Shown here piece after piece: positions 28,183 through 36,009 of a stretch of 62,563 nucleotides of DNA; positions within the stretch are counted from its first letter, which is position 1, and each line of letters opens with the position of its first letter. Location of the stretch: NCBI GenBank assembly GCA_034189125.1, contig JAXHVB010000068.1, positions 1 to 62,563 of the forward strand, written 5' to 3'. Source of the DNA: Pseudomonadota bacterium. GTDB lineage: Bacteria; Pseudomonadota; Gammaproteobacteria; Pseudomonadales; UBA5862. Both the position numbers and the translations under genes were made by a program. Below the pieces are notes generated by a model. The model made no database searches and had not been told where the DNA came from. It worked only from the letters and a program-made list of their open reading frames with translations.

Positions 28183-29093
28183 GACAGGATGGTGTCGGCA
28201 AAGATGCCCAGAAAAACGACCATCCCCACCCAACGGTTGTGGACAAAGGCAAGGAAGCAGGCTTCGCGCTCGCGGGTGCGCATGATCCAGTGCTGGTGGG
28301 CGAACAGCGTGGCGGCTGCCACCAATCCGGCATAGTAGGCAACCCCCAGTTCGAAGCGCACCCCGACCAGCACCAAAGTGAACAGCATCAAGCCTTGCAG
28401 AACGGCAATCATCGCCAGATCCGCAGCGCCGAACAAGATGGCGATCGACTTCACTCCGATGACCAGATCGTCGTCCCGGTCCACCATCGCGTATTGGGTG
28501 TCGTAGGCGACCGTCCAGAGCAAGGTGGCGCAATACACCAGCCAGGACTCGGGCGGCAGTGTGCCACGTTCCGCTGCAAACGCCATGGGCACCGCCCACG
28601 CGAATGCGGCGCCAAGAAACAACTGCGGCAAGTGGGTGACACGTTTGGTGAAGGGGTACAGCACCGCCAGTGCCACAGCGGGGATGGCCAACAGTTGGGT
28701 CAAGCGGTTGGTCGCCAGCAGCAACAGCCCAGCGAGCCCGGCGAGCACAGCCGCCGCAATCAGTGCCTGCGCGGCGGTAACCCGGCCGGTCACCAGCGGG
28801 CGGTCGCGGGTGCGTCGGACGAAGCCGTCGAAATCGCGGTCGGCGAAGTCGTTCACCATGCAGCCCGCCGAGCGGGTGAGGACGGTTCCCACCACGAACA
28901 CCAGGATGTGGGCGCCGCTTGGGTGCCCGTCCGCCGCCAACCACAGCGCCCAAAGGGCTGGCCAGAGCAACAGATAAATGCCGATGGGGCGGTTGATGCG
29001 CGCGAGCTCGGCGAGGGCGATCCAAAAATCCCGGGATCGGTACGAAGGGCCATCGAGCATAGAGGGACTCAGCCTGCTTGGGGTGGCTGCCAT
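28179..29093 (-). CDS. ubiA: 4-hydroxybenzoate polyprenyltransferase
   Basis: RINRPIGIYLLLWPALWALWLA, and NDFADRDFD with RTRDRPLVTG (UbiA Asp-rich motifs). The start may be the ATG at 29060. Confidence 0.9.
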   Translation of the reverse strand: MAATPSRLSPSMLDGPSYRSRDFWIALAELARINRPIGIYLLLWPALWALWLAADGHPSGAHILVFVVGTVLTRSAGCMVNDFADRDFDGFVRRTRDRPLVTGRVTAAQALIAAAVLAGLAGLLLLATNRLTQLLAIPAVALAVLYPFTKRVTHLPQLFLGAAFAWAVPMAFAAERGTLPPESWLVYCATLLWTVAYDTQYAMVDRDDDLVIGVKSIAILFGAADLAMIAVLQGLMLFTLVLVGVRFELGVAYYAGLVAAATLFAHQHWIMRTREREACFLAFVHNRWVGMVVFLGIFADTILS

Positions 29094-29298
29094 TCTACCC
29101 GCACCGCCGAACCGAGGTCATCCTTGCTGTGCGTGGACGCCGGCGCATTCGAGCGGTCGCAATCTCTGCAAAAACATGGACTTGCCGCGGTGTCTTCGGT
29201 TGCCCGGCAGTGGCCGATGTTCTAAGGTGGCCGTTGATTGAATGACGCGCAATGGCGCTCCAGGGTGTGCGCCATCTGCCAGCCTAGGTGTTGGGGCC

Positions 29299-29472
29299 AT
29301 GAGCGATTGGAAAAAGTACGAGTGCATCGTCTGTGGCTGGGTCTACGACGAAGCTCTTGGCTGTCCCGAGGAGGGCGTGCCGCCGGGTACCCGGTGGGCC
29401 GATGTGCCGGATGACTTCATCTGTCCACTCTGTGCAGTGGACAAGACGCTGTTTGAAGCGCTAGACCCCTAG
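29299..29472 (+). CDS. rubredoxin
   Basis: 57 aa: KKYECIVCGWVYDE...PDDFICPLCAVDK, with two CxxC iron ligand pairs. Confidence 0.9.
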   Translation: MSDWKKYECIVCGWVYDEALGCPEEGVPPGTRWADVPDDFICPLCAVDKTLFEALDP

Positions 29473-29518
29473 CCGGGCAGGCCGATCGAATTGCCTGCCC
29501 AGAACCCACAACCCCTCT

Positions 29519-29800
29519 ATGAGGCGACGGATGCACAAACCGGAACTGGCAGCGGCAATGGCGGCGCGTTTGGGGTGCCGGCGTGCGGAAATGGACTGGG
29601 CGCTCAACGCCATCCTTGATCAACTCACCCTGGCACTGGTCCGAGGGGAGTCGGTGAGCCTGCCAGGGTTCGGGCGCTTTGTGTTGCGAGAGCGCGCGGC
29701 CCGACAAGGCCGCCACCCCGGTACCGGAGTGGCCCTGGACCTTCCGGCACGGCGCAGCCTGGCCTTCAAGCCCGGCAAGACGCTGCGCGAAGCGCTTTAG
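29519..29800 (+). CDS. HU/IHF-family DNA-binding protein
   Basis: KPELAAAMAARLG...VSLPGFGRFVLRERAARQGRHPGTGVALDLPARRSLAFKPGKTLREAL (beta-arm motif RNPxTG-like). The start may be 29531. Confidence 0.8.
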   Translation: MRRRMHKPELAAAMAARLGCRRAEMDWALNAILDQLTLALVRGESVSLPGFGRFVLRERAARQGRHPGTGVALDLPARRSLAFKPGKTLREAL

Positions 29801-29835
29801 CAGGCCTCGCTGGGGCGACCTCGAAGGATGCACAG

Positions 29836-31140
29836 ATGAGCACGGCCCCCGACCACAGTTTGACGGTGCGCATTCTATGGGGCATGGGCGGCGGCATGCT
29901 TGCCGGCGCCTTGTTTCACGCCCTGGTGACCTCTCAACTTCTGCCCCAGCCGCTCGCAGAGGTGCTTGGCAACTGGGTGTTTGCAGGGTTGTTCGACATC
30001 GGCGGTGCGGTTTTTGTCGCCTCCTTGAAATTGTTGGTTGTACCCCTGGTGCTGTTTTCGTTGATCCTCGGTGTCGCTAACCTCGGGGCCGACTCGGCGA
30101 AGATGGGCCGTGTGGCCATCAAGACCCTTGGGCTCTACATGCTGACCACTGCGGTGGCGATTGCCTTGGCGTTGGCGGTGGCGTCGGTGGTGGACCCGGG
30201 CAAGGGCATGTCGCTCACCACAGAGGCCAGCTTCGAGCCGGCACCGCCCCCCGGCCTCAAGCAGGTGCTGATCAACATCTTCCCCACCAACCCGATCAAT
30301 GCCATGGCTGAAGGCAACATGCTGCAGGTGATCGTGTTTGCCGTGCTGTTTGGTTTCGCGCTCACCCGCCTGGACGCGCCGGGCGTCCGGTTGGTGCAGT
30401 TGTTCTCCGACCTCGATCAGGCAGTCATGAAGCTGGTGGTGTTGCTGATGTGGGTCGCGCCTTATGGCGTGTTCTGTCTGCTCGCGAGCCTCTTCGCCAG
30501 CGAGGGCATCGCCGTTCTCGGCGACATGGCGCGCTACGTGTTTACCGTGCTGGGGGTATTGCTTGCCCACCTGGTGATTGGCTATGGGGGGATGCTGCTG
30601 GTGGTTGGACGGCTCAACCCCTGGACCTTCTTCACCAAGATGCGCCCGGCCATGCTGTTTGGGTTCAGCACCGCCTCCAGCAATGCAACCCTGCCGGTGA
30701 CCTTGAACCTGGTGGAGACCCGGCTTGGCGTCAACAATTCGATCGCGGCGTTCAGTGTCCCCCTCGGGGCGACGATCAACATGGATGGTACTGCCATCAT
30801 GCAAGGCGTCGCCACGGTGTTTATCGCCCAGGCCTATGGAATCGAGGTGGGCTTCGCTGGATACCTGATGGTGGTCCTCACTGCGACCCTAGCGTCGGTG
30901 GGGACCGCTGGGGTGCCGGGCGTGGGTCTGGTCACTTTGGCGATGGTATTGACCCAGGCCGGGTTGCCGGTCGAGGGCATTGCCTTGATCATCGGCGTTG
31001 ACCGACTGCTCGACATGGTGCGCACTGCCGTCAACATTGCGGGCGACGCCGCGGTCTCCACAGTGGTCGCCCGCAGCGAGGGTGAGCTGGATGTGGCGCG
31101 TTTTGTCGACCGTGAGGCTGGCCAATCCGCTGAGTTTTGA
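29836..31140 (+). CDS. dicarboxylate/amino acid:cation symporter (DAACS / GltP family)
   Basis: SSNATLPVT, INMDGTA and VDRLLDMVRTAVNIAGDA signature blocks. Confidence 0.9.
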   Translation: MSTAPDHSLTVRILWGMGGGMLAGALFHALVTSQLLPQPLAEVLGNWVFAGLFDIGGAVFVASLKLLVVPLVLFSLILGVANLGADSAKMGRVAIKTLGLYMLTTAVAIALALAVASVVDPGKGMSLTTEASFEPAPPPGLKQVLINIFPTNPINAMAEGNMLQVIVFAVLFGFALTRLDAPGVRLVQLFSDLDQAVMKLVVLLMWVAPYGVFCLLASLFASEGIAVLGDMARYVFTVLGVLLAHLVIGYGGMLLVVGRLNPWTFFTKMRPAMLFGFSTASSNATLPVTLNLVETRLGVNNSIAAFSVPLGATINMDGTAIMQGVATVFIAQAYGIEVGFAGYLMVVLTATLASVGTAGVPGVGLVTLAMVLTQAGLPVEGIALIIGVDRLLDMVRTAVNIAGDAAVSTVVARSEGELDVARFVDREAGQSAEF

Positions 31141-31155
31141 GGTGCGCGCCGCAGC

Positions 31156-32538
31156 CTAGTCCAGTTGCCGGAGGATTTCGTCCAGTTGGTCGCGTTGCTC
31201 CATCAGGGTATCAAGGGCAGCCCAGGCGGTGGGTGCGTCGATCCCGAGGCGATCCAGCAGGGCCTCGTCGATGGGCTCCAGGGGCGCATCTCCGAAGCCC
31301 CGGTGCCGCAGCAATCGCGTGCTGAGCCAGAGCAAGTTGGCGAATGCGTGGTGTTCGCCGGCATACTCCGGGTCGTTCTGGTGGTGCACTGCCAGGGTGA
31401 CCTCGCTCGGCAGGTGCCACATGTCCAGCAGCCAGGCCGCCATTTCCTCGCGGGTCATTTGCAGCAGGTGATTCTCGATCCGGGCGCGGCCCAGGTCGGG
31501 ATTGACCTCCAGGTGTCTGCAGACCAGTGAAAAGTGCGGTGCGAACACATGCGCCAACACCAGGTGGCCATAATTGTGCAGTAGCCCTGCGAGGTAGGCG
31601 GTGCCATGCATGGGCCGTAGGGTGCGGGGCATCGCGCCCGCCAGCGCGCCGGTAAGGGCTGCCGTGTAGAGCGACTGTCCCAGGTAACGACAAAATCCGA
31701 CGGGTTGGTCCTGCGGGGTTTCGATGCTTTCAGTAAGTGACAGGCCGAGCGCCAGGTTCATGACCAGGTCGAATCCGAGGACCCGTATGATCGCTTCTTG
31801 CACCGACTTGACCGGGTACTTCGCGCCATAGAAGGGTGACGAAGCCCAGCCCACAACCTGGGCGGCCAAACTTGCGTCGGCTTCAACGATTTGTGCCAAC
31901 TCTGCGGTGGACGCGGTGGGGTCGGCCTGTAGCTGCATGATGGCCCGTGCGGTATGGCTGAGCGGCGGAATCGACAGCGTGTCCTCCAACCGCTGCTGAA
32001 CCCGCAGTTCGGTGAATTTGCGGGTCGCGGCCAACAGCCGGGTTTCATCGAAGGGAGGCGGCAAGCCTCCTGCCGGTTCCGGCAAGTCATCGATGGGGGT
32101 GCTGTAGGTGTCGATCAGCGCCTCGTGCAGGTGGGTGTGGTAGCAGTTGCGCGGCGCGAGCACCATCTGGTCAGCGAAGCCTGCGTCCACGTAAATCTCG
32201 GTTTTCTCCAACACTTCGGAGTCAATCAACAGCGGCAGGCCGCTGATGCGCGGCAGTGCCGGCAGCGATTCGAGCCGCATGTCCGCCAGCAGTTCGCGCG
32301 TGACCTCCGGCGGTGCGCCGCGCAGGTTGCGGCTGGTCACGGCCTGTATCCGCTGCAGGTCAACGAAGCGGTCGGCGCCTGCGTACAACAGCACACGCCC
32401 GATGTCGTCTTCCAGCACGAGGGCGCGCACGACCTGCCTGGCATCGACTTCCGATCGTGCTCGGGTTTGGGGCGTGGACAGGTCGCTGCCCGACGCACGG
32501 GCGAGCCCGAGGGCGTTCAGCACTTGTTCTGAGATCAC
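31156..32538 (-). CDS. fusion protein: YbaK/ProX-like (aminoacyl-tRNA deacylase-like) N-terminal domain + HDOD domain
   Basis: The N-terminal ~150 aa resemble YbaK-type deacylase domains (VRALVLEDDIGRVLLYAGADRFVDL...IYVDAG). The C-terminal half has HDOD features (IPPLSHTARAIMQL, LAAQVVGWASSPFYG, AGLLHNYGHLVLAHVFP). GTG start with a GAGG RBS. Confidence 0.7.
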   Translation of the reverse strand: MISEQVLNALGLARASGSDLSTPQTRARSEVDARQVVRALVLEDDIGRVLLYAGADRFVDLQRIQAVTSRNLRGAPPEVTRELLADMRLESLPALPRISGLPLLIDSEVLEKTEIYVDAGFADQMVLAPRNCYHTHLHEALIDTYSTPIDDLPEPAGGLPPPFDETRLLAATRKFTELRVQQRLEDTLSIPPLSHTARAIMQLQADPTASTAELAQIVEADASLAAQVVGWASSPFYGAKYPVKSVQEAIIRVLGFDLVMNLALGLSLTESIETPQDQPVGFCRYLGQSLYTAALTGALAGAMPRTLRPMHGTAYLAGLLHNYGHLVLAHVFAPHFSLVCRHLEVNPDLGRARIENHLLQMTREEMAAWLLDMWHLPSEVTLAVHHQNDPEYAGEHHAFANLLWLSTRLLRHRGFGDAPLEPIDEALLDRLGIDAPTAWAALDTLMEQRDQLDEILRQLD

Positions 32539-32635
32539 GGTAGGCCTCGCTATTCACCGGTTGTACACCTCAAGTGTAGAAGAACTCGGATCAACTCAGC
32601 GCGTGGCGGTGCGTTGCTGGGATCGGGTTGGTGGC

Positions 32636-34717
32636 CTACGCATGCACCAGCTCAGTGCGCCCACCGAGCCAGCGGTCAATGAGGCAGTGAACCGCCGCTG
32701 GGCGGTGTTCGACCAACTGCGCGGCGAGGTCCCGCGCTGTGGGCAACAGTTCGCGGTCGCCTTGGAGGTCCGCCACCCGCAGCTGGGCAAGACCCGTTTG
32801 ACGGTCGCCAAGCAACTCGCCGGGCCCACGCAGTCGCAGGTCCTCTTCGGCGATCAGAAAGCCATCCTGGTGGTCGCGAATGACCTGGAGGCGGGCCTTG
32901 CCGAGGGCGCTGAGGGGCGGGTGGTACAGCAACAGGCAGTGACTCTGCGCGGCACCACGCCCAACCCGGCCGCGCAACTGGTGCAGCTGGGCAAGACCCA
33001 ATCGTTCGGGATTTTCGATCACCATGAGGCTGGCGTTCGGTACGTCCACACCCACCTCGATCACGGTGGTGGCCACCAGCAGTTGCAGGTCCCCGGCCTT
33101 GAACGCCGCCATCACCTGTTGTTTGTTCCGCTCGTCCAGCCGGCCGTGCAAGAGCCCAATGCGCGCTTCTGGAATGCACGCTTTCAAATCTTCCGCTGTG
33201 GTCTCTGCGGCCTGCGCAGTCAAGGTCTCTGAGGCCTCGATTAGGGTACAGACCCAGTACGCCTGACGTCCGGCGCGCAGGGCCTCGGCCACCCGCCCAA
33301 CCACTTGGTCACGCCGCGCATTGCTGAGCACGCGGGTGGTGACAGGCTGTCTGCCGGGCGGCAGCTCGTCGATGACCGAAAGGTCCAGATCGGCGTACCA
33401 GCTCATCGCCAATGTCCGCGGGATGGGTGTGGCCGTCAGCACCAGCTGGTGCGGCAGGCCAGCGGAGGTGCCCTTTTCCGTCAGGCGCAAGCGCTGGCGC
33501 ACACCAAATCGGTGCTGCTCGTCCACAACCGTCAAACCAAGGGCTGCAAACTCCACCGGGTCTTGCACCAACGCGTGGGTGCCGACCAGCAGGTCGATCG
33601 CTCCACCGGCTGTGTCGGCGTAGGTTTGTTGACGACATGCCCTGGACTGGCTGCCAGTGAGCAGCTCGACGCGAAAGCCCAAGGGGCCGAGCCAGGCGGC
33701 AAACGTTTGGTGGTGCTGCTCGGCAAGCAGCTCGGTTGGCGCCATCACCGCCACCTGATGGCGGTTGCTCACCACCTGCAGGGCCGCCAAGGCCGCGACC
33801 AGGGTTTTTCCCGAACCGACATCCCCCTGCAGCAGGCGGTGCATCGGCTGGGGCCGCGCGAGGTCCGCGCTGATCTCTTCCATTGCCCGGCGTTGGGCAC
33901 CGGTCGGGTGCAAGTGCACCCGGTCAAGAAACTGGCGGCGCAGGTTCACGGCGGGTGACAGGACTGGTGCGCGTTGCGTGCGGCGGGCGCGGCGCGCCTG
34001 GAGCATCCCGAGGTGGTGCGCGCACAGCTCTTCCAGGGCCAGTCGCTGCCGGGCCTGCTCCAGGTCGGCCCTGCGTGTGGTCGTTGGGTGGTGCAGACAA
34101 CGCAAAGCCTCAGCAAGTGACATGGCGCGGGCCAGCGGATGATCGCCGATGGGGTCGGGCAAGGACGCGGTCTGCAAGGCGCTCTCAAGCGCTGCATCGA
34201 CCCAGGTTCGCAGGCGCTGTTGTGATACACCCTCGGTGATTGGATAGACCGGCGTCAGCCGTTCTTGTGGGGTTGGGGTGGTCCCGGGTGGCACCAGCTC
34301 GTGGTCTGGGTGGACCAGTTCCAGGCCGCCGGGTCCAGAGCGCACTTCGCCAAATGCGGTCAGCTGACAACCGGGTGCAAGGCGCCGCTGCAGGTGGGCC
34401 GAGAAGTGGAACCAGCGCAGCCACAGATGGCCGGTTCCGTCTTCGATGCGGCACACGAGTGTGCGGCGCCGGCCCTGTACCTGATCACAGGCCACGAGTC
34501 GTCCGGTAACCAGCGCGCGCTGACCGGCCTGGAGCGACCCGAGCGCAATGAACCGGGTGCGGTCTTCGTAGCGTGTGGGCAGGTGAAACAGCAGGTCTTG
34601 TACGGTATGCAGTCCCAACCGAGCGAGCTTGTCGGCGGTTTGGGCGCCCAGTCCATGCAGTGTGGTCAGGGGCCGCCTCGGTGAATCCGAGCTTGTCGGC
34701 GGTGTGTTACTTTGCAT
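32636..34717 (-). CDS. recG: ATP-dependent DNA helicase RecG
   Basis: Wedge domain plus SF2 helicase: LLQGDVGSGKT, VVDEQHRFGV, LTATPIPRTLA, QLHQLRGRVGRG. 693 aa. Confidence 0.95.
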   Translation of the reverse strand: MQSNTPPTSSDSPRRPLTTLHGLGAQTADKLARLGLHTVQDLLFHLPTRYEDRTRFIALGSLQAGQRALVTGRLVACDQVQGRRRTLVCRIEDGTGHLWLRWFHFSAHLQRRLAPGCQLTAFGEVRSGPGGLELVHPDHELVPPGTTPTPQERLTPVYPITEGVSQQRLRTWVDAALESALQTASLPDPIGDHPLARAMSLAEALRCLHHPTTTRRADLEQARQRLALEELCAHHLGMLQARRARRTQRAPVLSPAVNLRRQFLDRVHLHPTGAQRRAMEEISADLARPQPMHRLLQGDVGSGKTLVAALAALQVVSNRHQVAVMAPTELLAEQHHQTFAAWLGPLGFRVELLTGSQSRACRQQTYADTAGGAIDLLVGTHALVQDPVEFAALGLTVVDEQHRFGVRQRLRLTEKGTSAGLPHQLVLTATPIPRTLAMSWYADLDLSVIDELPPGRQPVTTRVLSNARRDQVVGRVAEALRAGRQAYWVCTLIEASETLTAQAAETTAEDLKACIPEARIGLLHGRLDERNKQQVMAAFKAGDLQLLVATTVIEVGVDVPNASLMVIENPERLGLAQLHQLRGRVGRGAAQSHCLLLYHPPLSALGKARLQVIRDHQDGFLIAEEDLRLRGPGELLGDRQTGLAQLRVADLQGDRELLPTARDLAAQLVEHRPAAVHCLIDRWLGGRTELVHA

Positions 34718-34728
34718 GGACAGGGGAC

Positions 34729-35634
34729 ATGAGGAACGTTGAGATGGCCGCAGACTCGAACCGAGGCCGGGTACTGATCGCTGGTTGTGGTGACCTGGGA
34801 AATCGGCTCGGCACGCGCTTGGTGCGAGCGGGTTTCGAGGTGTGGGGGCTGCGGCGCAGCTCGGCGCGAATTGCCGATGGAATCACCCCGGTTGGCGCGG
34901 ACCTGGGCTCACCCCGCCAGTTGATCGACAACCTGCCCGAGTGCATTGAGTACTTGGTGTTTGCTGCAGCCGCTGATCGGTTCGATGCCGCAGCTTACCA
35001 AAGCCTGTACGTCCAGGGCAGCGAACACCTGCTCGCTGCCTGCGCCGAGCGCGGCATTGTTCCGCATTGGGCTGGATTTGTCTCCAGCACCAGCGTGTAT
35101 GGCCAGCGTGACGGGGAGTGGGTGGATGAAACGAGCGCCACAGCCCCGGAGGGATTTTCCGGGCGCGCGCTGCTGCAGGCAGAGTCGGTCTGGGAACAGG
35201 CACCCTTTGCCACCACCCGGGTGCGCTTTGCCGGCCTGTACGGGCCGGGTCGTACACGGCTCATCGAGCGGGTGCGGAGCGGTCAACGCACCCCGCCGGA
35301 ACCACCCAAATACAGCAACCGCATCCACATCGACGACGCGGCACGGCTGCTGCAGCATCTGGTGCAGGCTGTTGCGGGTGGCGTGGCGCTGGATGACCTC
35401 TACATCGGTGTGGACGATACCCCCGCGCCACTCCACGAGGTTGAAGCCCACCTTGCTGCGCTGCTTGGGGCACAGGGCCCAGTGAAGATGCAGGCGGATG
35501 CCTCCCGGGTGGGCAGCAAGCGCTGCACGAATCAGCGCATTCGGAATCTTGGTTTTGCGCCCCTGTACCCGAGCTATCGTGAGGGCTATGCCGCCTTGCT
35601 TGCGTCCGGTGGGCAAAGCGCTCCGTCAGAGTGA
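34729..35634 (+). CDS. NAD(P)-dependent SDR / epimerase-dehydratase-fold protein
   Basis: VLIAGCGDLGNRLG Rossmann motif, with SSTSVYG. The ATG at 34729 is only 11 nt from the divergent recG ATG (alternative ATG at 34744). Confidence 0.8.
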   Translation: MRNVEMAADSNRGRVLIAGCGDLGNRLGTRLVRAGFEVWGLRRSSARIADGITPVGADLGSPRQLIDNLPECIEYLVFAAAADRFDAAAYQSLYVQGSEHLLAACAERGIVPHWAGFVSSTSVYGQRDGEWVDETSATAPEGFSGRALLQAESVWEQAPFATTRVRFAGLYGPGRTRLIERVRSGQRTPPEPPKYSNRIHIDDAARLLQHLVQAVAGGVALDDLYIGVDDTPAPLHEVEAHLAALLGAQGPVKMQADASRVGSKRCTNQRIRNLGFAPLYPSYREGYAALLASGGQSAPSE

Positions 35635-36009
35635 CAGGATCGCATCGGCTTCCACCCGCGCGCCCTTGGGCAGTGAGGCGACGCCCACCGCCGCGCGGGC
35701 TGGATATGGTGCTTGGAATAGGCTCTCCATCACCTCGTTTACGGTAGCGAAGTGGTTGAGGTCGGTGAGGTACAGGGTCAACTTCACTGCCGATTGAAGC
35801 GAACCCCCGGCTGCTTCCGCCACTGCCTGCAGGTTGGCGAACACCTGGCGCACTTCGGCCTCAACACTGGATTGTTCAAGGGCCATGGAGTCGGGGCGGA
35901 GCGCGATCTGGCCGGAGAGGAACACCAACCCCCCCACTTGTACGGCCTGCGAGTAGGTGCCGATCGCCGCCGGCGCTTGGTCGGTCTGAATGGGGGTGCG
36001 GTCGCTCAT
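35626..36009 (-). CDS. ridA: RidA-family reactive-intermediate deaminase
   Basis: APAAIGTYSQAVQVGGLVFLSGQI...PARAAVGVASLPKGARVEADAI. The ATG overlaps the spoT stop (ATGA). Confidence 0.9.
   Translation of the reverse strand: MSDRTPIQTDQAPAAIGTYSQAVQVGGLVFLSGQIALRPDSMALEQSSVEAEVRQVFANLQAVAEAAGGSLQSAVKLTLYLTDLNHFATVNEVMESLFQAPYPARAAVGVASLPKGARVEADAILSL

Noticed and set aside
28239-29225. 328-aa plus-strand ORF over ubiA (similar cases: 17422-18342, 19222-20328, 25607-27091, 49032-50036, 60707-61633, 31954-32532)
   Set aside because: All are antisense or alternative-frame reads of genes with strong homology signals. They are rich in R/G/P/A/H/Q and have no plausible RBS or family resemblance.
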